Assembly: GCA_040357565.1 (NCBI GenBank)
Contig: JBDODJ010000112.1
Reading direction: 5' to 3' (one strand)
Length of the DNA stretch: 37,264 nucleotides
From: Cercozoa sp. M6MM
Taxonomy: Eukaryota > Protista > Endomyxa: Ascetosporea
Made by a program: the position numbers and the translations under genes. Within the stretch, counting starts at the first letter, position 1. Each line of letters begins with the position of its first letter. Below the pieces are notes generated by a model. It saw only the letters and a program-made list of their open reading frames with translations, had not been told where the DNA came from and ran no database searches. Below are positions 23,863-37,264 of this stretch, piece by piece.

Positions 23863-26800
23863 TGGCGATTCGGCAAATCTTCTAGTGGCGCGGATTACAT
23901 GTAGCGCTCTCTCTTTTGGCAGTGCTGTTGCAGGAATTGTGCAAATGACCGACCATTCGCAGTGTGAGGCCCTCGTACGCGCCGGAGCTGGTACTCGCAG
24001 CGTCAGTGCCGCTAAAGTACGAGTCTGGCATTGCTCCTTTGAGCATCCCACTGACTATCGAGTCTTCGGCTTACGCTGGTCGTCCCATTCGTGGTCAAGT
24101 GACCGATGGTGTGGGCCGCATTATTGCTCGTGGCTTCAACTCAATCCAAGACACGTCCTACACAGATGGGTAATTTACTCCTTTTTAAAACGAAAGCCTC
24201 TCCATCGTTCGGACCACAATGCACTTTTAATGCATAGCTTCGTGTTCAAATTGGCGTACACGACGCTCGGTCAGAATTACGATATGGTATGGCGATTCGA
24301 AGTTTACAGCTTTAACATCTTGGAATTTGTTTTGGGATCCAACTTCTTGGGTGTTGCCCAGGTGCCGGTCAATGTGACCGACCCGATTCTTGGAGACGTG
24401 TTCGAAACGATGCATCTCGTCAAGACAACGACAGAAGAGCCAATTTGGCTTCGCTTAGTCGAGCAACCGATGGCGTTGACCATGCCTGTAACATTCCGAG
24501 AGATTCGTGCTGGTGTACACTATGAAATGCATGTATGAGTGTACTGCAGCCTCCAATCCTCGGCGGCGTGCTCAGTCTTTCGGTCATTGGCTCTTTGACC
24601 GGTATTGATTTAGTAGCAATCATTTCATTTCCAATGAGTAAAGTTTATGGGCGCTACCGTTTTAGGAACGTCCCAAATAATCCATCTGACGGCTGATCAA
24701 ATTGAAACCGAAGGCCTTTCGGTAATTGGGGTTGTGTTTGCTTGCAGTCGCTATGTTTTTGGCACTAGTTGCATACTGACAGTCTGTCCCCTTCAATCTG
24801 CTTCCAGCGAGCAATGTGGTGATGGATACACCAACGCTGGACTTCCAAATAACCTCTCATCGCGAAGGTACTCATATATGCAACCTTCTCAGTGATATTT
24901 CGATGCAAGATATTTTAATGCGTCAATATGCGTATCGGTGCATACTTTACCTGTTGTTTGCAGGTGTAATCCACACGAAGCTAGAGCGCAACAACCAAGG
25001 CAGTGGCGATGCTGCGTCCGTGCCTATTCTCGCCAGCATTGAGGTGCTGAATATTCGGCAGCAGTCCATTTGTGCAATCGTGTGTATGCGAGTATTATAA
25101 CTCCTGTGTGTTACAGTGGCCAGACCTCACTGTCACTACCGCCTTGTTGTCTGGATCAACAATGCAGCATGTGAAGATACTGGGCACCCCGGATACACTC
25201 GATATCAATGTTCGCTTTCGACGATGCGATATGTACCTTAGCATTAGGTTTACATCACAACATGCCAGTATGTTTACGTGTGTTGCATAGCGGCATGGCC
25301 GGATTAGCGCAGAACTCGGTTGTGGGTATCGATGGTCAGACCGAGATGGATGCCGTGGACCCAACTCTGCTCATGCACATGTACGAAATTTTGTACAGCC
25401 GCACCTAGCTCGCCTGGCAATGGGATTTTATTGAGTAGGAAGCGAGCACCCACATCGCGACCCAATCAGCACCTGTGCCTTTCATTCACGCCTCTCATTA
25501 GATTTTTTGTTTGATGATCTGGCATGTTCGGTTGTACGCAGCTACAAATTTGTGCTGAATGCTGCGAGCGACTCGGATCCAAACTCTGACGGGTAGCACA
25601 CCTTGGTTCGCTACATTGAGCGTGCATGTTTTTGTTGGACAGACTAGCAAGTATCGTCACAGGTGAGGGCCGATATCAGCCTATTGCAGGGTACTTCCGA
25701 CCAAGATTCGAATGTAGACATTTTCCACTGGTCCTAAACTGTGCATTGCATTGTGTTTCTCACGCAGTCTGATCACCGCGCTCTCGGACACGGCGTATTT
25801 TTTTCTGTGGTACCGAATGATACAGTTTATCATGTGCTTTTGCAGTCCGACCGGCAACACGAACGGAATGCTCAACACGGCCTTTGGCGTGCAGGTACGT
25901 GGCAGTCTCTGGTTGTGCGAGAGTTTTGTAGTTGAACTTGCACACGCAGAGCATGAGTGGTGCTGGTCACACCTTCATTCTCGGCGGAATGGGTCTGCAA
26001 GCAAGTACGTTCTTGCAAATCGATACAGTACTGCTCTCATGATGATTGGTGTCTTGTTCGGTAGCCGACTCGTTGAGTGATGACAAGTTGGTGACGTCGC
26101 CGCTGCATGCTAAGACGCGCGCCGGCTCGCCTCGACTCGAGCCGCTTTCCTTCACTGGTACTGTTGTGCCGTGCACCAGTGTGGATTTCCTTGTGGTTGC
26201 TCCTCCACGTATTGCCATGCAGCAACGAACTTCGGCACCTTTATCCCGCAAAGTGTTCAATACGTCAGTGCTCGCATGTCGCTGAAGGTAAATCTAGCGA
26301 TGGATTCCTGTTGTAACTGACGAGTCTATATTGCGCAGCCGACTGTGGATTCAAACAAGTTTGCCTTGTGCTCGCAACTCCTTGCTGTACCCTGTGTTAA
26401 TTCTCGAAAATAAACCTGTTAGGCTGTGGACTGGGTCACATGTTGCAGACAGCCAACAACGCTGCTTGTCTCAAGACCGACGTGGCACCTGATCTCCTGT
26501 TTTCAGCAATGTCACCGGATGATGCTACAGGCGTACTCTCAGTTGTTTCTGTTTGTGCACTACAGTTCCGACACAACACACCAAATTTGTCTTCAGATCA
26601 TGTTAATTGGTCGTCCCATGCCTTTCGCTCCTGGTACTATGTGTGATGCATCCACGCTCGCTTACTTTCAGTGCTCTTAGTGCTGCTGTCGGCAAGATAT
26701 GACGGTTTGAAGTTGATCTCAACGCGTTTTTCCGACTCTACTGGACGTCCTATAACGCCAATCGTGTGTTCGTCTTTCTCTGTCGACACAAGTGCATACC

Positions 26801-28822
26801 AAATTCTTGTGCAGGTTGAAGGAGGCCCGGTGAACGCAGTGTACTCCTACAACGTCAAGCACGAGTTTGTGGTTCAGGTGGGTTTGTGTATGGAGGTGTA
26901 GTAGGTTGATTATTCTATCCCTCTGTGTGTCATCAGTACGCACGGCAGTTTCCGCACGATCAGCCTCTCTTCTTTACCGATTCACGTTCCGATTCGTAAA
27001 TTGACTGTTGAGACAAATGGCTCTGGCACTGCGAATGTTCACGTTGATTTCTGCAGGAACTGGGCAACGCCTGTTGTGCGCATCCGCTGGGTCGCAGATC
27101 CGTTGGCTTTCGTGTGCGCCAACTGGGACGATTTCGCGCAGTCTGTAATTGTTCTAAAACTGCATTTGCATGTGCTCAGTGTGTATTTCGCATACGTATA
27201 TGTATGAGTGTTCCTCTCAGTGGAGTCTCGTGTTGATGCGTGGCGAGGATGACGACATGGACATCTTTGACAAGGTGCGCATTCCCAACGATAACTGTGC
27301 CAACGTGCACTGAGTTGTTGTGCATAGATGGTGTGCGGTTGGCGTATGCAAAATCGTGCTAGCTTCGGCAAAGAGGTAACTCTCTGTTCTCCTGACGTGA
27401 GTATTTGCCGGATCAGTTTCGTCATATTCGACAGAGCGAATTCCACGGTGTCAATATGCGCACTGGAAAAAAGGTTGACCTTCGCCTGATTGTCGACTCA
27501 AATCCGTACGCCTTCCTCCCCTCCTCTATCCCCCGAAGAGGGTCAAGTGTCTTGATTCCTCTGGGCTCCGCAGTTTCAAGGTTGCTGCGGTGCCATCGGC
27601 GAGTTCGAATAACCAGAACAGAATGGTGCTTTCCATATTTAACGATGCTCGCCTTTTAACTGTCTTTGGTGTCTGAAAGATCAAACTTCGCTTTCGCATG
27701 CGCGAAGCCGACTCTATCCGTGCGTTGTGTTCTTTACTGTACCCGTTTGTTTCACTGACTAAAACTTGCGTCTTTCTTTTCAGAGGCCAGACGGCAGATT
27801 ACTGCAGGTACTCCGATAGTTTTTTAGGTTGGGTCTAGTATTTATGAACGTGGCAGCTGCGGCTGATTCGACGACGATGACTCGTGCCGACATTGCACAC
27901 GCTGACTTGTTCTACATGTCGGTGGCTGAGTATGTTTTACTTTTGGACTCTGTGGTTGCCCAAATATGTGTAAATCATTGTCGTAGATCGCCTCTGCTAA
28001 ACGATCTCGTGACGCATGGCCTGGTACCCTGAGCTTTTTGTGCTCGTTGGTTAATGGGGACAATCATGCAACGCGTAGGGCATCCGAAGTGGACGATCGG
28101 CACAAAGCGAATTCCTCAATGTCGTATGGTTTTTTTAAATCTAGCAAAAATACAGTTCCATTGGTAAATGTGCGTAGGGCACGCGTGTGTCGTACAACTG
28201 GGATTCTGACTGCTGGAAGAACGGCAGCTGCAGCACCACTCAGCTCTCACTATACGAGGTGTTATTTTATTGTTGTTTCAGTTTAAGCTGTACCTGACCT
28301 CACTGTGTTAATCTCAGAGACTACCCTCGGGCGCTCCGACGTCAACGTTGGACAAATACGAAGCGCTCGCAAACCAAGGCGCAACTTTCGCGCATCAACC
28401 CTTCGCCCATACGTCGAATGTGATCAAGGACTTCTCTCAGGTATCAGATTGTTTTGTTCGCCCCTGGAATGCATATGAGCTTCTATGTTGCTTCGCAGTT
28501 CTCGTCGACTGGAATGTGGCTGCTAAACAGTGATGATAACCTGAATGGCGTCGAGCCTGACTACATTCGCGTACATGGTATGATGCCATCTGTGTTCACG
28601 CAAAGGCGATTCAGTTATGTTGCTTTGTTTTGCTCAGGTGGCACGTCGGCTGTCCTGTTTGACAATGCAACGAACGTGCCCCACACCATCATTTACGGTT
28701 CCCTGAATACAGTCTTTCATGCTACGTGATGATTGGTATTCCTTCCTGTGTTACAGCTGCCTACTTTGACGACGGCTCGGTTCAATTCGCGCTGTCCGAT
28801 GAGCCCATGGTACGTCTTCCTT

Positions 28823-28867
<45 letters not shown>

Positions 28868-28967
28868 NNNNNNNNNNNNNNNNNNNNNNNNNNNNNNNNN
28901 NNNNNNNNNNNNNNNNNNNNNNNNNNNNNNNNNNNNNNNNNNNNNNNNNNNNNNNNNNNNNNNNNNN

Positions 28968-29011
<44 letters not shown>

Positions 29012-31605
29012 CCTCAATGATACAGCCAGTGCCGGAGCTGTTCTTTGCGCGTGTGCGTAGCAGCGAAAGGTGCGCCTGTATTTATTCATAAATGCCCATA
29101 TCTCACATGCAATCTTTTATGCATACGCGTGTACCGAAATATGTAGGCGCATCATGGAGGGAATGATGGCTGGGGTATTTACTCTGCGGTGCTGTTTTCA
29201 TCGGTGTTTTTCACTACCAATTCGTGTGAAATAGCTATTCGTCATGTTAGACGACGCATCGGATGTGTCTTGGAAGTTCAATATTCGGTAGGCTTAGTTG
29301 AAAGAAGTGATGTTTGAATCCCGAGTGTCATTGTTGTGCCCAGTGGCTATGACTCGAATGGCGATCGACTGTTCGACTTGAAGCACGTATGCTATGATCT
29401 GTGTCTGAAACTCCACCCCCGTTTCCCCCACTAAGTGAATAATATGTATCTTTTTACACGCAGGACAACACGACAATTGCCGACTTTAAGGCTGGTGTCG
29501 AACCAGTTTTTGACACTGCCAATCCCGTACATTTCGTCTTTCTTGATACGAGGGGAGATGAATATCTGTGATTGTAGAGCACGGGCTTGGAGCAACGAAC
29601 GGCGTTTCGTTCGATTTCGGCGTGTGCAGCCTGCTTGCTCATTGGTAGTCGCACCTCGTGCATGAGAGCGACACATACATTGTGTCAAAATACAGGTGAT
29701 GGCGTGGGCGCGCTATACTTGTCGCCGTCGTCGTATCTTCTTTCAGACCAAACCCACCACAAACTCACTGTGTATGCGCATGTTTGTGCAGTTTCGACAG
29801 CGAGTACACTCCTCGGGTCACGTTTAATGCTCCAGTGCACACGCCCTTCCTTGTAGCATACCTTGTGCTATCCCCGTGAGGATGTAACACGAAGTGATTG
29901 CGTTAGGCAACGTACAATCGAACGTTGAACACGACGGCTTTCCTAGCCTTTGTACCATGCTTGCACACACATGTTTCTTCCTCATGTATCGATATGTTTG
30001 TCGTGTGTCTTAGATGAACCAAACTACGGTGGTTTACCCGGGCCTGTTGTCTTCGACGTACGCTTACCTCAGCACATGTCATTTTGTTCCAACAACGCTT
30101 GAGCCTTGTGTAGTGCCGACCCTGCGCTCAAGATTCTTCGTTTCAGCACCACGATGCAAGCAGCTATCTTTGGGGTGCCTCTCTTCGGTGTACGATTTCT
30201 TCCAGGTGTCATATCGTGCATTTGTGCAGTTGGAACGTGCTCCCACACTGCGACCAAACAGCGATACCTGCGCAATCCCTGGACTCAACGACTACAACCC
30301 GGTTGCGCCGCTGTCGCGGCAGCAGCTTTCGCTTTGCACACAGTGTACTGCACAGTAGTTGTCTATGCAGATGGGGCCGTCTTTGTCTTATTTGCATAAT
30401 TCAGCGCTCGGCGACTCTCTGCGTCGTGTGCTGCCTTTCCAGATTGTGCGTTTCTTGCGTGTTCCATGTCTACTTCAGGTGTACTGTATGCGTTTTTGTG
30501 TGTACCAGAGAACGGGCATCCGCAACGACAACAGACTGCTCGGATTTGTACTGCTCGATAAGATGCACGTTGTGCGTGTGCGCGCGCGCTTGAGTTGAGT
30601 TTTGTTCAGGGCATGAGCAACGGCGCAACTGGCATGGAACTCGGCGTCCACACTGACACTGCATTGTATACGCTTGACTTTTGTCTTGACTGTCCCAGAA
30701 ATATTCCTCTTTGCCCTGTGCAGCTTGCAGCAAGAGATGACGACTTTTCGTGTGCTGGACTTTGACCTGGATGGCGTCGTTGCAGTCAAGCTGCCCCATG
30801 TACTCATGGAACCTGTTGTATTCCTGCGTCAGGAATGTCCCTGCCTGCGCAGCTCAAGCCGCAGTTCCTGCGGGTTCGTTCTGTCGACGACAGCGGCAAC
30901 TATGGTATGTGTTGCAACGGGCACCAAGCACGCACACCAGTGCATGTCTGCATCTTGGATGTGTATGAATAGCTGTCCACAACGACACTGCTAGATGGAA
31001 GCTGACAATGGATAGCGTACCATGTGTTCTGTGATCCCTGGCCTGGTACTTTGATGATGTACTCTACAACGTAGGACGCCTCACTCGCGACAAGGTTCTT
31101 CTTTCTCATGGCGCCAGGCACGAATTCGCCTGACTCGGGCTTTGCGATTTGCTTCGACTCCTCTCTCGCTCGTACCATCTGTCTTTTGCTTCGGTCTCTT
31201 GTAAATTACTCGTGTGTTCTTGTTGAATAGCTGACGTCGCTGACACCTTGGAGAAACGCCAGTGTCTGCAATGGTTTGTCAGTTTGTGTCGAGCCCGTTA
31301 CTCTCTGACGGTGAATGCTGCACAGGGGATCTGACAATCGCGTGTCATTCGCGTCGTACAATTCGGTAAATTGTTCATGCGCTCTGTTGCCGTGTCTAGC
31401 ACAGTGATTGTGAGCAGGCTCTGGGTTTCTTTGTCTCACCGTCGAGTGAACTTTACGTACTCCTCCTTTGTGCATTTGTTATCGTGTACGTGTTTGTTGA
31501 TGTCTCGTGTGTTGTGTGACCTGTGCAGAAGATGATGTGGCGCTTCGATGCTGCTTCCGCCGCGGCCGCTAGTGGTACGTTTCTCTTCTCGGATGCAGCA
31601 CCTGT

Positions 31606-31689
<84 letters not shown>

Positions 31690-33415
31690 TAAACAATGCG
31701 CTGAACTTGCAGTGCACACGGGCGTGCCGTTGTTCGGACTGCACTCGCGCGCTCTGATCCAGTCGATGGCACTGCCGACTCTCTTTGTCGATGCTTCCAA
31801 TGCTGCACAGGTACGTTTGTCTTGTGTGTCTCTCTCTCTCTTTCGTACTTACTGCAGAGATTCTTTTCCTGTGTGTTAGTACATGCCGCACAAGGCGCTG
31901 CCGCTGTCACTTCTGTCGACGCGCATGCGCTATTACGTCACTCCGAGTGCGTTGATCTATCTATATATGTATATATATTTATGTGTGTGTGCATGTGTGT
32001 GCGTGTCATGTACTTTACGCTGTGTCGTTGTAGACCTTGAACCCGTGGACTATCTCGTGGCCGACTGGTTTCGCTCGGCGAGCTGGCAGACGACGTTTTC
32101 GCCGGTGCAACATGCCGTGCCACAATCGGTGTGTTCGGTTCCTCTCGACCGTTCTTCTATTGCAAGATGTATCTACGTGTGCACCCAGGGACAAGAAGCA
32201 CTGGACGCACTTGACCTCAGTGTTGCTGTGGTCGGGACCGACCAGTCCATGCGCGCCTTGCGCGTGCTCAACAACGTGCCTTATCTCTGTCCAGTTATTG
32301 TACCACTTCCTTTGAGCGACGTTGTGCGCAGTTGTACCTGAGCGAGTTCCTGGCGGTCGAATACGACTTTGGCTTTGTCAAGAAGGGTACATCTTGTATC
32401 TGTCTGTATGTTGGATGCTGAAAGTCGTGTGTTGTATGCGACCGCAGTGTTGTTCGGTATCGCGCCAGAGTTTGTCGTTCCTGTGCCAGTCAATCCTGTC
32501 ACTGTACTCTCTTCTCTGCTCCTGCTCAGTTACTGCATTCTGCCGTGTATATGTGTGTGTTTGTTTGTGTTACTCCCTCAAAGGGCGCTCTGCCGACACA
32601 AGTGACAGTGACAGTGCGTGGCGGTAGACTGGCCTCGGATAGCGGCGGTCCCAGCGAGCGTACGGATTCCTGTTTTTATCGATCGGGTTGTTGTCGAAGG
32701 GGCGTTTGTGTTTGTGCAGCAACACGGACGTTCAGCAACATGTCTATTGCTGATTACGCGATCACAAATGTGCGTTTGAGTCGTTTGAATTTCCTGTTTT
32801 TGACTTGGTCACCTGGATGTGCTTCCAACAGCCGGCGTTCCGTCTGTCATTTGCTGCGGACTGCATCAAAGTATTAAAAAAAGCTCTGCTCTCTCTGCTC
32901 TGTTTTGTGTACCTGTTGACATATCCTCTGTCTGTACGTTCGCGTGTACAGTTTACGCTGGCCTCTGCGTCGAGTGCGAATGTTGCTACTTTTCCGTGCA
33001 CTGGTGCAGTGTTTCAGCTCCTTTTTGGCACGCACACGAATGCGCATGTTCAGATGAATTACCAACGTCACCGAACGACTTGGTCGAAGTCGTGTGCGGT
33101 GCTGGCTGGAACGATGGCAACAACGAGACGTTCGTAGCATGCGCTTGTCCATCCAGGGTGGTGAGGTTGATACGGACACTTGAGAGCATCTATATGTTTA
33201 GGTGTCGGAGATACTGCCTCCTGCCGACGAGTACGCGTCGGTGTACTCTGCGTTCTTCCAGCACCGTATGTTGTTTCTGCTTGAATTGGTAATGTCTGCT
33301 CGTACCCAGTATTTAACAGCCAACAAGGAGGGACCTTTCGGGAACTGGCGTTTCTCCAACATTACTACTTTGTATGTTGTCTGTGACTGTTGTTCCTGTT
33401 GTTCTATCACATAAA

Positions 33416-33455
<40 letters not shown>

Positions 33456-35814
33456 GCGCGCACACACACACGCACACACACACACACAACACGCACACAC
33501 ACACACACACACACGCGCACACACACACGCACACACACGCACACACACACACACAACATTTTCTGCAGCGGACCTGATACGCCAGTCGCTGCTGCCCTGA
33601 AATACGATGTCGGCTCCAATGTAGCACAATAGAGAATCGCCTGGTGTGATGTTTTGATCAATCAGAGATGTTATGCTTGGGCAGGGTTTCTGGCTGGAAC
33701 TGTCTACGGGACAAAGCCTTCCCCCACTTCAGTGTGTTGACCTATTTCTTGAGCCCTGTGCTTACTAATGCGTTGCTGTACAGAGTGACTGTTGCTGAAC
33801 GACGCAACGGCAGTGATCAGGTAAACATCTTCTATATGTCTGGGGTGGCCATAAAAAATCCTTATGACAAACACAGTTTGCTCGATGCAACGGCATTCAA
33901 CTCTTCCGATACTCTGGTATGCTCTTCGATAGGTTTATTTTATTTTATGCGACTGCATGCATTTGCACAGGCACCGATGCCGCCATCCTCCCGGACGATG
34001 CATCGTGTGTTGGCTTTGACTTTTGCTATCGACATTTTGCAGCTGCGACTTTGTGCAGGTGCGTGGACTGGCAGAAGGCGAAGCGTTTCGTGCTGACTGT
34101 ACACACCTCTTCTGTCCGCTTCTCTGGGCTCGCATGTCGTTGCTTACTTTATGTGTGGACGGTTAGTCGATTGCTGGTGACGGCCACAAGAGCCACGTCT
34201 TTGCAGCACCACCTGTCGTCTCTACCATGCAGGTGCCGCTCTTGCTGTCGCAGACGCAGTTCCAGCAGCGTGTCGCTTTGGAACGGGACTGGTCACCTCA
34301 GTGGTAAACTCTAACGTTTGTCAAGTAAATGGAGCTTACCCATCGCCGCAAGTACCGCTGTGTTGTGCTCTTGTAGGCGCGTGATGGCCAAGCCGTTTGA
34401 CTCGACCGAACCCCGTCCTGAGTGTTCGGTATTCCTGGATGATCATTATGCATTTGTCTGCTTTTGAAATCATTCTCCTCCCGCAGGCCCAACTAACACC
34501 GGACGCTGATCTTGCCGATGACAACCCGAGTATTCGTGTCTTGGGCATTGACTACGGTACCGTATATGTCTTCTTGTTAGTCGACATGTTGTGTCTCTTG
34601 TTATACTGCATGTTGGGTTGTTATGACTCACAGTCACCTCGAGCGCTTTCCTTACAACGAACCGCAGCGATCCGCGCACGCATGTTAACGTTGTGCCCAA
34701 CACGGCGAACCAGCCCGTTCTCTCCTTCCATCTGTACACGTGCGAGGCACCTACCAGCGTATCTTGTTCCATGCCACTGCCCCGTGTCTATAAGTATGTG
34801 TGTTGGCCTGTCTTCCAGATGCGTGCCTTCTTGAGTTTCTACTCGCAAACCAAAGTAATGCGTCTGTTATATATATATATATATATCGATTTATATATAG
34901 ATATATATATATATATATATATATATACTTGTGTGTGCACAGGGAGCTGTGTTGTCGGTCAAAACTGCTCGGGTATTTTTGCTGCCTTACGTACGATGTT
35001 TTCACTTCTCTCTCCATATAGCGCACCAACTTCACGTCAAGCGATCCATCTTCTGCATTCTTCATGACTCGTATGTTTCCCACAAGAAAATCATGACACA
35101 ACTGCACGGGTACAATCTGAGTGCGTTTCCTTTTCTTCTAATTAGCTTCGACGGTCGCGACTACCATCGACTCTGTTCCGTACGAGAAAGACCATGACGC
35201 ATGAGAGATGTATTGACGTTCAATGTGGTGTGATTTGTAGTCTTTGGGTGCTGGTGGAGGGTGCCGAAACTATCGATGACGTCACTCCTGGAAACTTTAC
35301 GCCGACATTGCCGTAATTCCATTGACGAACAGTTAAAAGTGGCCGGAACTCTTTGTGTGTAGTGCGGGAACTGACCAGCTTTACACTCAAGTTGTGCAAG
35401 AAACCACGGTACGAATACCTTCTCCGATGAAACGATTGAATCAAATGATGTGGCTGTCGTAGACACATCAAATCTTGCACCAGTTCGTCGTTGCTCGATC
35501 GTAAGTTTGTTCTCGTGGGTGGGAGATCTGTGTCCATCATGACAACATGTGATTTGATTCAGCAACACTCCGGAGGTTTCAAGTGCCTTCTACGACCCCG
35601 ATTTGAATGGGTGGAAGGTCGTGATCAACAACATATCGAGTGGCAACGCAACAGACATCCGCTCAATTGCCGCCTCTATCGACACGGTACGTTTCTTGAT
35701 AGATTGGTTCATCATCTCGTTATGTTTGCCAGTGTAGCTGTCGGTTCGAGTGGATTGGCCAAAGAGTCTGTCGGAGTTTGTGGCAGGGTACCGACTCACC
35801 TACGCATGCCCAGT

Positions 35815-35867
<53 letters not shown>

Positions 35868-37216
35868 CGATGTTTGTGCAGAGAATACAACGACTTGGAG
35901 GCCGACATGACTGTCACTCGTGCCGTGCAGGTACGTTCTCTATTTTGCATATGTGACAGTAAACGTACATGTATGTACAGGAACAGCGACACGGAACAGC
36001 TCTCCCGATGCGAGATTCGCTTAACCTACCCGAGACCTTTGCCCCAAGTACACATGCAGTTTTCTACGTCTCAATCAGACAATCATGCCATTTTAACAGG
36101 CGTTCTGCGCACGAATCTGTCAATCACTCGCATTGTGCCTGGTGGTTTCAACGTCAAATTCGAGAATGAGTTGGATGGTATCATTGCTCTCTTGTGTGCA
36201 TGTGTGCGAGTGTTTGTGCGTGTGTTTGTGCTGTGTGTGTGTATGTGTGTGTGTGTGTGCGTGCATGCGTGTGTGTGTGTGTGGCATTGTTTCTTTTTGC
36301 AGTCGAGGTGTTTGATAATGGCGAGCCGGGCCGACTGTTAAATCAGCCACTGACTACACTGCAGGTAGTCGTTGATCTCCCTTGTTTCAACCAGCATCTT
36401 TTGAATTGAAAAACGATAACAGGTTCCAAGTGGCGTATCGGCATCTTATCTTTCGCCGTTCATGACTCTGAAGTTCCAAAATGCGACCGGCTCAACTTTT
36501 TGTATTTGCAACTATCCTACAGTTCTCATTTTTTGCTGTGGGAGCAATGTACTATGTTTCATTAGGCTTCGGCGTGCAAGATGGCCAGGCCCGCTACATG
36601 CAATGTAAACTTTTCTGTATAGTGCCAGTTGTGATGCGACCGCTCTGGTAGATCAAGACGAGGTGCCGAAGGAGTGCTTGATGCGGCACCTGCCGATGGA
36701 CAGTCTCGTTCAAGGCGACGCTTTCCGTCTCGTTGCGTTCCGTGGCAACGACGAAGAGCCTCTCAAAGCTGTGCTTGTTAACGACGAACTCTTGATCGTT
36801 ACGGTACTGCAACTGACTGTAGCATATCGATTGTTAGTTGTGATTCTTTTGGTACAGGCATCGTATGCTCTCAAACAAGGCCTATCGCAATTCCTCCAAC
36901 CGGCGACCTTCCGCATCTGTATGTGCCTCGATTTCTGTGCGGATATGTGAATATGCACCCGTATATTCTGCTGCGCAGTCAACGATGAACTGCTGGTGGA
37001 AGTGCGCATTAAAGATCTCAGCGTACTCATTCAACTTATGCTGAACATCATCGCTATTTTCATGTTCTTTTTGTAGCAGCAAGCCCCATACTGGCACGTT
37101 CTGACGCGCGTGCTGGCTCGCAAGGACTTGTCTTACCGCGCGGACTGTCTTGCCATGTTTTGTACAGTTCCGCGCCTTGTTTTTTGTTTCTGTGTGTGTC
37201 TGTGTCTGGGTTTGTG

Positions 37217-37264
<48 letters not shown>
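23863..37264 (+). CDS. Giant hypothetical protein (probably >2000 aa, on the order of 100 short exons), incomplete at both ends
   Basis: Chain of phase-compatible GT-AG exons, e.g. [27 protein letters not shown]..., ...[12 protein letters not shown]..., ...[12 protein letters not shown]..., ...[16 protein letters not shown]. No stop or intergenic break was found in the stretches traced (~34.5-36.6 kb traced only partially). No family recognised. Confidence 0.7.
28824..29007. repeat. (TG)n tract with 100-N gap (28868-28967), intronic
   Basis: Direct. Confidence 0.9.
31603..31688. repeat. (TG)n microsatellite, intronic
   Basis: Direct. Confidence 0.95.
33417..33555. repeat. Degenerate (CA)n tract, intronic
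   Basis: Direct. Confidence 0.9.
34869..34927. repeat. (AT)n tract, intronic
   Basis: Direct. Confidence 0.9.
35819..35865. repeat. (TG)n microsatellite, intronic
   Basis: Direct. Confidence 0.95.
37219..37264. repeat. (TG)n microsatellite at the window end
   Basis: Direct. Confidence 0.95.

Noticed and set aside
1-37264. Many long ORFs with CVCVCV / HTHTHT / SLSLSL runs
   Set aside because: These are translations of intronic microsatellites, not proteins.
1-37264. Prokaryotic systems (CRISPR, operons, IS elements) or transposase/RT ORFs
   Set aside because: No spacer-repeat arrays, intronless gene clusters or DDE/RT motifs were seen; the architecture is spliceosomal throughout.

Overview
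Eukaryotic, protist-like scaffold with very dense short spliceosomal introns (mostly ~45-75 nt, GT-AG, weak donors) and abundant intronic (CA/GT)n tracts, five of which contain N-gaps. The six-frame ORF track is largely misleading, so genes were rebuilt by manual splicing. In order: 5' part of a KCTD/T1-type BTB protein (-, runs off the left edge); NAD kinase (-); M1 puromycin-sensitive-type aminopeptidase (-); ADP1-like ABCG half-transporter with a Cys-rich EGF-like ectodomain (+); a small membrane protein carrying ionotropic glutamate receptor M1 and M3 (SYTANLAS) signatures but apparently no ligand-binding domain (-); a structured Pol III/tRNA-like element; a class C (GABA-B-like, Venus-flytrap + 7TM) GPCR (-, 5' end lost in a gap); and a >13 kb, highly intron-fragmented giant orphan gene (+) incomplete at both ends. 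The main candidate novelty is the 'pore-only' iGluR-like gene lying in tandem just downstream of the class C GPCR. The organism cannot be identified from this window, and all gene models are manual and unverified by transcripts.
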